DNA of 64,000 bases from Paraspadella gotoi (taxonomy: Eukaryota > Animalia > Chaetognatha): contig CM119265.1 of NCBI GenBank assembly GCA_051294375.1, positions 6,081,309-6,145,308 of the forward strand, given 5' to 3'. A program made the translations under genes and the position numbers. The notes beneath the pieces are model-generated. The model was given only the letters and a program-made list of their open reading frames with translations. It ran no database searches and was not told the DNA's origin. Each line of letters begins with the position of its first letter. Position 1 is the first letter of the stretch. Shown here piece by piece: positions 52,302 to 64,000 of this stretch.

Positions 52302-55300
52302 TCAAGGGCCTCCTCGGCGTCTTCGCACTTCCGCCACCACAGAGATCAGCGCCTCCGGCTTCAGCTCGACGACGGGATCATCCCCGAGCGCGGCTCCGTC
52401 GTACAACAGCGTCAGCGAGGCTTTTCGAGCGTTCCTGACTTCCACTCCCGCTCCGAAATGGTGTCCTAGGGAGAGGGCGGAACCGTTGGTGGCGCCGCAG
52501 AACTTCGAAACCTCGTCGTTTGGCGGGTAACGAGAATCGAAAGAAGGTCTGAGAAGAATAAAATATGTATACGCCACATCTTATTTACTTTTTTTTCCAA
52601 AAAAAGTTAAAAGTGTAATCCCTAATGCCGGGCAGACAAACCAAACCGAACAAAACCAAAAAAAACCATTGTCGCCAATATTTTTGTTTACCTGGATAAC
52701 GTAAAGACGGTCTCGTTGCCCGGCAACGCCTTCGACGAATCGTTCGAACCCGAGGCGAGATTCGGCAGCGGACGAAGAGACACTAGATCCACGTCGCAGG
52801 GAAACGGGATCGCCGGTCTCGAGGACGTCCAAAAAGAAGTTTGCTCAACCTGCGTCGTAAACCGATCTTGTTATCTAAACGTAATGATTTTATTGACATA
52901 CTATCCAAGACAGGGTTGGCATTAAAAACCAAAAAAAAACCTAGCTAAAAAAAAAAAAAAAAAAACAACTAAAAAGTGTATTTTTTTAAAATTACTTAAT
53001 GTTTTAATGAGAAACATTAAATTGTTGAAAACCTGCGCCGCTTCAGCCGCCGCCGCCGACGCCGCCGCTTCGACCATCGTCCGCTCCGCGCTGTAGAAGA
53101 TCTCCACGGGCGAATTAAGGCGCCGGCGGAGATTGTGAGCGCCGAGAGAGAGGAGCGGAATCGCCGGCGCCGCCGCCTCAGTTCTCCCGCGCTCCTCCAG
53201 AATCAAAGCGTACCGCAGCGTCGAAAGTTGGTTGTCGAGAACGCCTTCTCCCATTCCACGACCGTCGTCCCGCAGCAGGCGCCGGTCCTGCATCGCCTCC
53301 AAGCTGCCGGAACCCTGCGATGAGGCCCCCTGCGGCTGCGCGGAAAGCAGCGTCAATCGTCTCCGGCCTTCGCCGCCCGGTCGGTCCTCGATGAAAGCCG
53401 CCGTCGGCATCGGGTAGAAGTTGCCAGGGATCGGGAGTTTGGTCAGGCGTCGGCGTTGCATCATCGCCAGGCCGTTGGAGTCGGTGAAGAAGTCCACACC
53501 GGAGTCGATGTTAGTGTCGATGCGCATGACAGGCTCCAAGTTACTCGATTTGCTGAAGCGAAGAGAGTGTCGAATCCTTTGGTTCAACTCTCGGGGATTC
53601 GGGAGATTTCGACCGAAGGCTCGTAGGGGATGCGATTCTTTAACGTGGAAAGACTACATCTCTAGTGTGTTTAATTACCTCGAATTTTCGTTCCTAACTT
53701 CGTTCATCGATTCGTTCATCAATTATTAATAACTTTGAAATACAAAAACATTTTTCTACATTTATTCTTGATTTCTTCGTGATTTATTTATTGATTTACT
53801 TAATGTCTTTGTATTTCGAAGTGATGAATAATTAATGAACGAATCGATAAAAAAGTTGTGAACGAAAAATCGAGGTATTAAACTCACTAGAGAAGTACAG
53901 TCTTTCCACGTTAAAGAATTGCATCCCCGACGAGCCTTCGGTTGAAATCTCCCGAATCCACGAGAGTTGAGGCAAAGGATTCGACAGATGTGCTTAATAT
54001 AATAATCGTAATAATATTGTAATATTAATAAGTTTTTAATATAGCCTGTCGAGTTTTGAGTGTTCAAAGTCAGGAGGCAAGATTGTAAATTGGTAATGTC
54101 AATTACACAATACTTTGTGATGACCAATCGTTTTTAAAGTTTCTAGCCTTTTTTTTAAGTTTCTGCGCTGAAGAAAACTAGAAAAAAGAGTCGAAACATG
54201 TCCGTTTCAAAATAAAATTCGTCGTTCGTAAACAAAAATAAACTTTGTTTTCTCTCACAAGTTTCGAGTTAACCGTTAATTTGTTATAAGATTATCACAA
54301 GCGATGTGAAATCGCTCGCCATTAACTTAAACCGACCCAACAACGCAAGATCATGAGTTCATTTTAATCTCTGAATCTTATTCCAATTCTTTCTCCCCAT
54401 CGAAGCAACTGTAGAAGACGAAGAATGTAATAATAAATATGAAGAGAGAGTGAAGAATTGTGACGATGTAAGAGAAGTAGAAAAGAAGTGAGTCTAGCTC
54501 TCTCCTGATCCACTTTTATCATCGCCCGGACCAACTTGACCTTACGGTCGCCTCGGCCCTATTACTGTGTCCGGTCAATCTAAGGTCATTGCCAAAGCTA
54601 GGGCAAAGTGACCGTGTGGAATAGACCGGCTCGAAGAAAGAGGAGAGAGGAAGGGTTTAGAGAGAGAGACCGAAGGTAAGTCGCCTCACAACTTACCCTT
54701 TGAGCAAAACGCGATTGGTGATCCGAAGAGATTGAAGCAACTCTGAGTCGGCGCAGGCTTGACGAGAGAGTGGCGGAAGAATCTCCGAAAACCATATGGA
54801 CTTGGCCTATAAAAATTAATTTTGTTATCAATCAAAAGAAAGTCTATATATTCCCGTTGATAGACAAATCATTTGACACAAGACTTAAAACTTGCTAAAA
54901 AGTCTTTATCGCTGATAATAATTCTTATAACTTTTCTATATTTTTTCAAAACAAATTTGTTCAGTAAAGCATGACGGCGATTTATTTCTTATCAGCCGAT
55001 AAGGCTCACCGGGTAGCCGTCCAGCCTTTGCCCTCCGACCATTTCGACGACGTGTTCGATCATGGGAAAGACGACCCTGACAGTCGTCACCAGGGGTCCC
55101 GAGACGATCGCAGCCTCGCTCGGCGACGAACCCTCCTTCGCTCGACCCGAGGGTTTGAATATGTAGGCGCCGCCCTTCACCGACGGGTACCACCAAAACC
55201 CGAGTCGCGCTTTGGAATCTGTCCGCCCCGCGGGACCAGCCATCATCATCCTCCTCAACAGACCCGCGCTGATTTCAAACTCGGCCGCTAGGCAACCGTT

Positions 55301-56149
55301 GCTGATCGTAAAGCGGCTTTTTGGTGGCCAATGGGCGACGGTTACGAAAAACGCGCGCGATTCCAGGGCGTGGTTTCGATGTCCGAAAACTGTTACGTTG
55401 GAGACAGGAAACCAAGAGGCAGCATTGGCCGACGACGCTTGGACCGAACGAACAAACAGCCTCTTTATTTCAAAAGGTTCCATCTTGACCTCGAAAACCA
55501 ACTCGTAGATATTTAATTCCAAATTTCCCAGATTCGTCCAGACGGGATCGATCTGATGGCGCACGATCTTTCTCGCCTTCACTTCAACGTCGCGTCGATT
55601 GACTCTCAGTCGAATTATTTCCCGCCGTTTGAAAGGGAGAGCGTTGGATAGGACGACGAGAGTGACGGAAGGAGCGTAACCTCGAAGGTCGACGGTGATA
55701 GGCGTAACTCCCACCTCAGAGAGATCGGCGTTGAGGGTCACCCGAAGAGCGTTATCAACTTCCGTGCCCCGTCCAGTCCTAAATTCCATGAGCGACGAAA
55801 TTGCGCCAATTAACGCCCTCTGCGCTTGCGCGAAACCGTGGCAGAGACGTCGGGCGATGTCCGCGGCGTTATGCGCCTTGGAAGTCCCGGTGACGTCGTC
55901 GTGATGCTGGAAGAGGGCGAGTTCCTGGTGGGCTCCGCGCAGGTCTTGAAATTCGCGCACTTTTCTCTCTCGGCGGGAGGAAGGATAGTCGCGGTTGTCG
56001 GCCGAGAGAGTGAAGAACACGTCGGCTGCGCGGAGGAGGGACTCCAGGCGGCGACCGAGGACTTTCCAAGCCATCCGCGTCGTGAAGTAGCTGGAGGAAG
56101 AAAAAGGGAGAAATAAAGAAAGAAGAAAGATAGAAAGAAAATAAGAAAA

Positions 56150-56248
<99 letters not shown>

Positions 56249-57689
56249 GAAAGAACGAAAGAACGAGAGAAAGAAAGAAACAAAGAAACAAAGAAAGAAA
56301 AAAAGAAAGAAAGAAACAAGAAAGAAAGAAAGAAAGAAATTATTTTTAGATATCATTATTTTTTATTATTTAATAACCGCCATTAGAGTGATATTTTAAA
56401 GTTGATTAGAACAGAAAAGAGATAAATTTTAAAATACAAAAAATCCGTCAAAAAATCAAAAAATCCTCAAGATCGGTTCCTCCTTACATTACCCTACATA
56501 GTACTTACCCACTCCAATGTGAATTGTCATAGTCGTTGTACGTAAAGAAATCTCCGCTGAGTGTCTTCAGTTGAGAACCCTTTCGCAAAGCCTCGTCCGC
56601 GGCGTCGAAGTATTCCGAGGGCGTCCCGAACTTGGCCGTAACGCGAAGCTCGTCCGAGTGTTTGTTGAAGTAGTCGAATAGCATGTTCCAGTTTTGGAAC
56701 TGCCGGTCAAATTGATTAGCTTGAATGAAACGGAAATCGTTTCCCAACATAACCAATACGACGTTGTGCTTAAACCACAGCGACTTTTTTCGTAATTGAT
56801 CGAGGAGTTGGATCGCCTGATCTCGCACATTTCGTGCATCGATGGGTTTGGCCGAATTCGGTTTCCAAAAATCGTATTGTGAACAAATCCAGAACATTGG
56901 GCCACAAGAGTATTTGATAGTGTAGGTTTGAAGAGGGTGCACGTAAACCCGGAGATCGCTGACGCCCTCAACGTCCCATGACTGGCGCCATAGAAACTCG
57001 GCGTCGGAATTCGTGTCCAGGTACTCCTTTATCTTGTGGTGGATCCGATTGATAATGGAGCGCTTCACGCCGGCCTCGGAGCGGATTCGAGCCGCAATGG
57101 TCGAATAGCCGAATGGATCGATGTTGAAGCTGGTCTTCGGTGCGAACCCCAATTTCTGCCGCAAAAAGAGGTGGCCCTCCAGCATCTGGTCGACGAGCGC
57201 ATATCCGGTGGGGTTGGCTTCGTCCGGCATGACCCAACCCCCTCCAACGATCTCGAAGCGACCCTCTTTCAACAGGGCCTTCAGCAGATCGCGCATGGTC
57301 GAGTTGGCCGCGTCCCACCACCAAGAAAGGTAAATCGACTCGGCCCAGATGAAAGTCAATTTCTTGTGCTGATGGAGTTTGACCACCGCGTTGGTGATGA
57401 TGTGAAAAGAGTCCTGGAAGAAGTTTTCCGCGGCCGTCTTGTACCAGCCAGGGTCCGCGTGTGAGAAGGGGAAGAGAATGACGCGCAACGGTTCGTCCCG
57501 TCGCCGCGAAATATTGTAATCCATGTCAATTTTGGACCAGTCCTTGTTCCCACCTCCGCGTTTCGGCATCGGGAGAGTTTCGTAGAGTTGGAGGGTGGAG
57601 ATGTCGACCGAGGCTTTGCCTGAGCCGTTGTGGTAATTTATACAGACATCCTGAAAAATTAAGGAAATATCAGACAGTGGGAGTCTGGT

Positions 57690-57755
<66 letters not shown>

Positions 57756-57983
57756 GTCTACCCATTTAATTTCGAAGCTTTGGACACTGGACAGTGGACA
57801 CCCATGCTGAATTACCTTGAGATTGACTATATCGGACAATCCTTCGGCCGAGGGCTTCATCAAGATACAGACCAAAAGGCCACTGAAGAAAAGGACGATG
57901 CTCAGCGTCGCGCAGCACAAAAGTGGCTTCCTTCGACGAATGCGGTCGAGTTGGCGAGAAAATCGTACTGAAGTTTCGGCCAT
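52302..57983 (-). CDS. MAN2A: Golgi alpha-mannosidase II-like (GH38), type II membrane protein. Exons about 57983-57816, 57650-56508, 56090-55010, 54807-54697, 53552-53033, 52849-52693, 52548-52302
   Basis: N-terminal TM segment; SHADPGW, GRFEIVGGGWVMPDEA, IDPFGY, SCGP, LGNDFRF, WSGYFTTR, FQHHDDVTGT, GNFYPMPT, DRRLLRDDGRGMGEGV and FPCDVDLVSLR. Confidence 0.93.
53568..53986. mobile_element. MITE/hairpin element with about 185-bp inverted arms
   Basis: TGTCGAATCCTTTG..TACAAAAACATT versus AATGTCTTTGTA..CAAAGGATTCGACA. Confidence 0.85.
54165..54205 (+). other. Degenerate minimal type I hammerhead motif (Penelope-like element relic)
   Basis: GCG CTGAAGA aaact-agaaaaaag-agtc GAAAC AT GTC CGT; the downstream flank resembles 30895-30955. 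Confidence 0.5.
56148..56247. repeat. (AAAT)n microsatellite in a MAN2A intron
   Basis: Directly visible. Confidence 0.95.
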
Positions 57984-60900
57984 AACGTAGAAACTTGTAA
58001 TAAAAATAAAATGGAGTAATGTACAGATTTGAATACTTTAGCGATTGATTTTACTTAAAGGTTTTTTGGTCGTATCTGCAGCAAAAAGTTTTTAGTAGGT
58101 AAAGTGGGTCTTCAAAACTGTTTCGCAGTGCTGAGAGCGCATTTTGAAATCCGTGCTTAAAAGAAAATCCGTCCGTCCATCAGTCTCTCCGTCCGCCCAG
58201 TCTCTTGCTAATTTAAAAGCTCTAAGCTCTTAAAATTTTTCTTTATATTTTATTTGATTAGTTTAATATGATACGATCATGGTAAAGTGAATTAGTCCAT
58301 TTTGGTGAAATTGTTATTTAAAGTAAAAGTAAGAGGAGCGAACGATCGGAATTCTAAGAGTTTTCAACCGGGAGTCAGATTCGGGAAAAATCTTCTATGG
58401 CGAAAATCTTCCAAAGATTTATTAATTTCCGAAGATTTTGGTTAATATTTTCTATATTTATGGCCGGATTTTTTTGAAACTTAACAATAGCAATATTGCC
58501 ATCATTCTACATTGGCCGGTATAAGAATATATTAAAAAAACCTCTGGCTTTTTTCATCAGAGCTTAGTCCTTATATTTAGGATACTGTTTTCTAATTTCT
58601 GTCTTTAAAATATAGTTTTAAAATTTTAACCAACTTAACAAAATAATTTTTGAAAAAGATTGATATAATTTTTTTTATTAACTTGTATGAGTAATCTGAA
58701 TTTGTTCTCAGAATTAAAAAAAAATTAAAAAAAAAATTGAAAATTTGACATTATATAATATATATAATTATATATGTAGTATTATATACAAAATAAACTG
58801 AAAGGGCTACGACATCAATAAAAAAGAAAAATAAATATAGTTTTTAAGATATAATAGTTAAATTTTGATTCGAAACTTTCACTTCATCCTGTCTAAAGAT
58901 TCGTTCCTCTACTAGTCCATCAGATGGAAATGCTGTCTCTTTTTCCTCGCTTTCTAATTCTAAATACGTCTTTTTTACCTTTGCATAACGACTTATCACT
59001 CCTCTCCATTTATATCTTTTTTTCCTCTCACACCTTCTTCACAACTCTCGCTCGATAAAAAGAATTAAAAAAAAATCCAGGATGATTCTTCTCTTCTCTT
59101 TTCTCCTCCTCTCATTTTTTCTTCTAATGAAGTCGCACACGTCCTCACAAATTCTTACTCGAGATAAGTATATCGAACTTTTTTCTTTCTTTCGATTCTC
59201 TCACGATTAGGAAGGTTTTAGAAGTATCGCCCTTCGTATAGGTACGTTTGAATGTACATCGTACAGCTAGCGACTGGAAACGTTAGCACTAAAAGTCACA
59301 GAATTTGTTCAACAAAAATGATTTTCATTTTTTAAGTAAGTCGGATACATTTTTATTTTGATATATTCGTTCCGAAAACATAAGCGCTCGTTTCTCCTAT
59401 TTTCTCTCCCGAATAAACTCCCTCTCGCTTCGATAAATTCCCCCCTCTGCCTCTTTCCCACCCCCCCCCCACTTCCCCCCATCTCTTAAACGAAGACGCC
59501 TTCGCTTCTATAAATTTCTAGGTAGGGCTCCATTCGACGTCATCAACGAGATAAAAGGGTTAAGCTAAATGACGTTTGGCTCCTCCCCCTTTTCTCTGCC
59601 ACCCCACCCACCACCCTTCAACGACGCCATCTTGCCACACAGTTGTCACACCTTTAGTTTTTCAGTTGCGCCGCGAGTACTCTGGGAGCAACTCTATAAG
59701 TGACTTTTCGGTCGATCGGTCTGTCGGTCAGTCTGTCCCAGTTATGTTAAAAATGCATATAAATTATATATTATAATTTGCCTATAGACAGAAAAAAACC
59801 TCAAATCTAAGGGACTGCTTGCGCCGCCTTCAGGAATTTCTGAAACAATAAGAAATAAAAGACGAAATTTGGATGCAGTGCATGTCATAAATACAGGAGC
59901 AAATAAATTTTTTTAGTCATGTCATGCCATATCATGTGATCAAAAAGAAATGCACGTGAAAATAAAGTTACTGCGGCGCAACACATTGGATTTACCGTTC
60001 TTCTTTTTTTTTAATTTTCCCCACACCTTTGCCTCTTCCACGCCCACCGACGATCGTTGTCCCCCCCTGGCTTTTTTTTTTCTCGATCCATTTGAGTTTA
60101 TAGTTTTTTTTGGGGGGGGCGGGGGGAAACGCGTCATCGAGCGCCTTGATGAAGCGAAGCGGGCGGAAACCCTCGGGGGATCGAGCGGGGTTGAGTCTAC
60201 CGAGGAATAACGGTGCGCTGTTGTCTAGAGGCATCTTTTGAAGATCAGAGGCGCAATGGGCGTTCATATTCTCAATTTATTTCAATTTTATTTATTTAAA
60301 TTGATTGATTTATTCATCTATAGTTAATATTCAAAACATTAAATCCTAACTCTCTTCTCGCGTTTTATGCTCTATGAGCCCACGAGCCCGAAACAATCTT
60401 CAGGCTTAACCTCACCTAATCCTCGTCTATTTTCACCCGCTGCTTTTAACTTAGCCAAAAGTCAAACTCCTCACCCAATTCCTCATCAAATTACCTCACC
60501 CCCTCTTCCACACCCCGATCCTCTCTTTTCACCCCCGAAACCTTCCCCGACCCCGTCGAGCGTTAATGGTGTCGCTTCGCCTTTAAACTTTTCACGTTTT
60601 TTTTTTCCGCCGCTTTACTTTTCTTTACCCTCTATTTATTTCTTTTATTCATCATTATTCTTTTTTTTTATCAACTTATTTTTTTGCCTTCGTTTTCTTA
60701 TGTTTTTTTTAGCTTTTATTATATTTTTCCTTATATCCAATATATTGTCTTCATTTTGAGTTTTTTTTTACATTAGTCTTCATATATCAATTATAAATTA
60801 TTAATTCTCTGTTTTTATTTTTTTTAAATTATTTAACCATTTTTTTGGTTTTCATAATTTTTCGTTTTTATTTTTTTTTTCATGGAAGCATAATCGAAAA

Positions 60901-61676
60901 ATAAGACAGAATAATTTTTACAGTAGATCTTCGAATGATAGATTCATGATATTTTCATTAACGTCTAAAATAAAGTTGTCATTTCTAGGTGGTAGTTATT
61001 ACTAATTCGTTATTACTAATGTTCGAAACACAACGAATCGAAAGAAAAACAATTCATGACGATCGATGACTATTATAAAAATAACGACGTTAGTCAAACC
61101 GAAGAATTAAATATTGATAGTTTATTAACAAAGGAAGTGATCACATTATATCGGAGAGATGACGCGGCAAAATTTGTCATCGTCGTCGTCGCTGTGGAGA
61201 CGCATTACGGGTAACGATTCAAACCTACATTCTTTTTTATGAGAGTAATCGCCGGGGAAATTTGTTCGAATAGCGGCTTCATAAAATCGCGAAACTGCGA
61301 AAGAGAAATCCACCCAAATATTCATAACCTAATCTCCCTCTTTCACTCTTACGTCTCACCCTGCCGTCTCGCAATGCCGTCTCGCCCTGCCGTCTCGCCC
61401 TGCCGTCTCGCCCCAGACCTTCCATTAAAACAGGATATATAATATATATACAGTGATGGGTACATCGAAAAATAGTTGGGATTTCGACGTCATTAAGTTT
61501 TTTTTAAAATTTCCGTCGGGGAAGTGAAAAAAAGTAAAGATCTTTCTTGCTCAAAGGTTCTTTCTTTTTTCCTTATTTTTAATTTATTTTTTTTAAATTC
61601 TTCGTAAGACTCGACTAGTCTTGAGCTACAATTAATTGCCGGAGGGATCATGCTAAAAAATTCTCTCTCTCTCTCT

Positions 61677-61754
<78 letters not shown>

Positions 61755-62011
61755 AATCTCAATCTCTCAATAAAAGTCAGAACGAAATTATTTTGGCCGG
61801 GGTCAAAGGTTAAAGGTAAGATTTCCTCCTTTTAGAACTACTTTTCAGGTTGATAATGATTCCTGATTACTGATTTACTAATGGTTAACTATGAAGTATA
61901 ACTTATAGTCAAATGTAACACATACATAGCCTATCAACAAAGCAAAATAGAAAATCGATAAAAAAGTATTTTATGAAGAAAAAAAACGCGCTCTCTCTCT
62001 CTCTCCTCTCT

Positions 62012-62085
<74 letters not shown>

Positions 62086-62269
62086 CGCGAATCAGTGACT
62101 ACAATTTGCAGAAATGCAAATTTCCATCGTTATTCTGTCGGCGATAAAACATCTGCCTTTCTTCACAGTTACCTTTATTTCTTTCGCTTGTTTAAATCAG
62201 AATTTTTTTTCTTTTCATTTCTTATTTTTCCTTTTTTATTTATTTATTTTTTTTTCGTAATCGGAGTCG

Positions 62270-63428
62270 TTTTTAGTCGGATCTGCTTATCAGCAGATCC
62301 CGACTCTATAACTCACTTTTTCGGTCCGTCGGTCCGCCCCCTCAATATTGTCTGGCACACACTTATATCATGTCAGAACATCGAATTATGATAAATTATG
62401 CAAAAAAAATGATGTCCGTCCGTCCGTCTGTCCTTCCGTCCGTCCGTCCGTCCGTCCGTCCGTCCGTCCTCCGTCCGTCCGTCCGTCCGTCCGTCCGTCC
62501 GTCCGTCCGTCCGTCCGTCCGTTCCGTCCGTCCGTCCCACCTTAGCAAAAAACACCAATTACTCGTGATTGGATGGATGGATTTAAATGAAATTTTGTGT
62601 GAGGATAGGTAAGTGTGTGATTGAGCTGGATATGAAGTTTCGATGGAATCGTCCGAGTGGAAATGAGTTTAAATGGAAAAAAACAAAAAAAATATATTCA
62701 CTATTTGAACACCAATTGCTCATGAGTGGATGGGCTGATTGACCTGGAATTTTGTATGTGGGTAGGAAAGTGTGTGATTGAACAGGAAATCAAGTTTCGA
62801 TGGAATAGTTTGAGTGGAAATGAGTTTAAATGGAAAAAAACAAAAAACCTGTTTTACTAATTGATTATGCTTCTTTTTCCTTTTATATTAAATGTATATG
62901 CAGGATGTATTAATAAATCAAATAATTAATCAGTTTAATTAATCAATTAGTAAATAAATTAATCAATAATTAATTAATTAGTCAATCAATCCGTCCATCC
63001 GTCCCATCTTAGCAAAAGCTCCAATAACTCGTGATTGGCTGGTTGGATTGGAATTAAATTTTGTGTGTGAGTAGGAAAGTGTGTGATAAAGCTGGATATA
63101 AAGTTTCGATGGAATCGTGTGAGTGGAAATTAGTTTAAATGGAAAAAACATAAGTCGAATTTACTAAAATCTTTTTACTTATTTTAACCAATAAATATCT
63201 AATTAATCATAATTGGATGGATAGATTGAGTTGAAATTTTGTGTGTGGGTAGGAAAAATGTGTGACGAAGCTTGATATAAAGTTTCAGTGGAAACGTACC
63301 AGTGGAAATGGGTTTAAATGAAAAAAATATGAGTCACATTTACTTGAATCTTTTTATTTATTTTAACCCATGATAGATTGAGATGAAATTTTGTGAGCCA
63401 GTAGGAAAGTGATTGAAGAAGCTAGATA
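62270..63428 (+). mobile_element. DINE-1/HINE-like element with a (CCGT)n tract and a tandem array of about 160-190-bp units
   Basis: TTTTTAGTCGGATCTGC..GCAGATCCCGACTCTATAA head; (CGTC)n at 62414-62537; the unit ..GAAATTTTGTGTG..GTAGGAAAGTGTGTGA..AAGTTTCGATGGAA..GTTTAAATGGAAAAAA is repeated about 5 times. Confidence 0.7.
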
Positions 63429-63698
63429 NNNNNNNNNNNNNNNNNNNNNNNNNTCAATAAAAGTCAGAACGAAATTATTTTGGCCGGGGTCAAAGGTTAA
63501 AGGTAAGATTTCCTCCTTTTAGAACTACTTTTCAGGTTGATAATGATTCCTGATTACTGATTTACTAATGGTTAACTATGAAGTATAACTTATAGTCAAA
63601 TGTAACACATACATAGCCTATCAACAAAGCAAAATAGAAAATCGATAAAAAAGTATTTTATGAAGAAAAAAAACGCGCTCTCTCTCTCTCTCCTCTCT

Positions 63699-63774
<76 letters not shown>

Positions 63775-64000
63775 TCTCTTTCCGCGAATCAGTGACTACA
63801 ATTTGCAGAAATGCAAATTTCCATCGTTATTCTGTCGGCGATAAAACATCTGCCTTTCTTCACAGTTACCTTTATTTCTTTCGCTTGTTTAAATCAGAAT
63901 TTTTTTTCTTTTCATTTCTTATTTTTCCTTTTTTATTTATTTATTTTTTTTTCGTAATCGGAGTCGTTTTTAGTCGGATCTGCTTATCAGCAGATCCCGA
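63429..64000. other. Assembly gap (63429-63453) followed by a near-exact duplicate of 61767-62303
   Basis: An N run, then TCAATAAAAGTCAGAAC..CAGATCCCGA, identical apart from the CT tract. Confidence 0.9.

Noticed and set aside
62555-63428. CRISPR-like or prokaryotic repeat array
   Set aside because: The context is eukaryotic, and the units are long diverged tandem repeats without unique spacers.
63454-64000. Apparent segmental duplication of 61767-62303
   Set aside because: It is near-identical and directly follows an N gap, so it is most likely an unmerged contig overlap or haplotype.

Overview
Eukaryotic, most likely invertebrate animal, genomic DNA with short GT-AG introns. Positions 174-27947 hold eight consecutive plus-strand genes: PDS5, pICln/CLNS1A, a GEN1-like nuclease, an intronless IDH3B-like gene, a DNAJB6-like gene, Maelstrom, a gene encoding only a NELF-A C-terminal-like domain, and a CCDC190-like gene. 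Several of the gaps between them are filled by MITEs. After these come an intron-containing tRNA-Leu(CAA), an SLC20/PiT phosphate transporter (+), about 15 kb with no identifiable gene, and a GH38 alpha-mannosidase II (-). The best hidden signals are: (1) two paralogous box C/D guide RNAs in the two longest PDS5 introns, each with an element complementary to the 5' end of U4 snRNA and a hairpin between D' and C', both ending 76 nt before the 3' splice site; (2) the stand-alone NELF-A C-terminal-like protein; (3) acceptor-like sites just upstream of the start codons of the clustered genes. Repeats include Tc1/mariner-type MITEs, a 2.7-kb foldback, tRNA-derived SINEs, DINE-1/HINE-like elements and a degenerate Penelope-type hammerhead. 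All homology calls are from remembered motifs and manual reading; no database searches were run.
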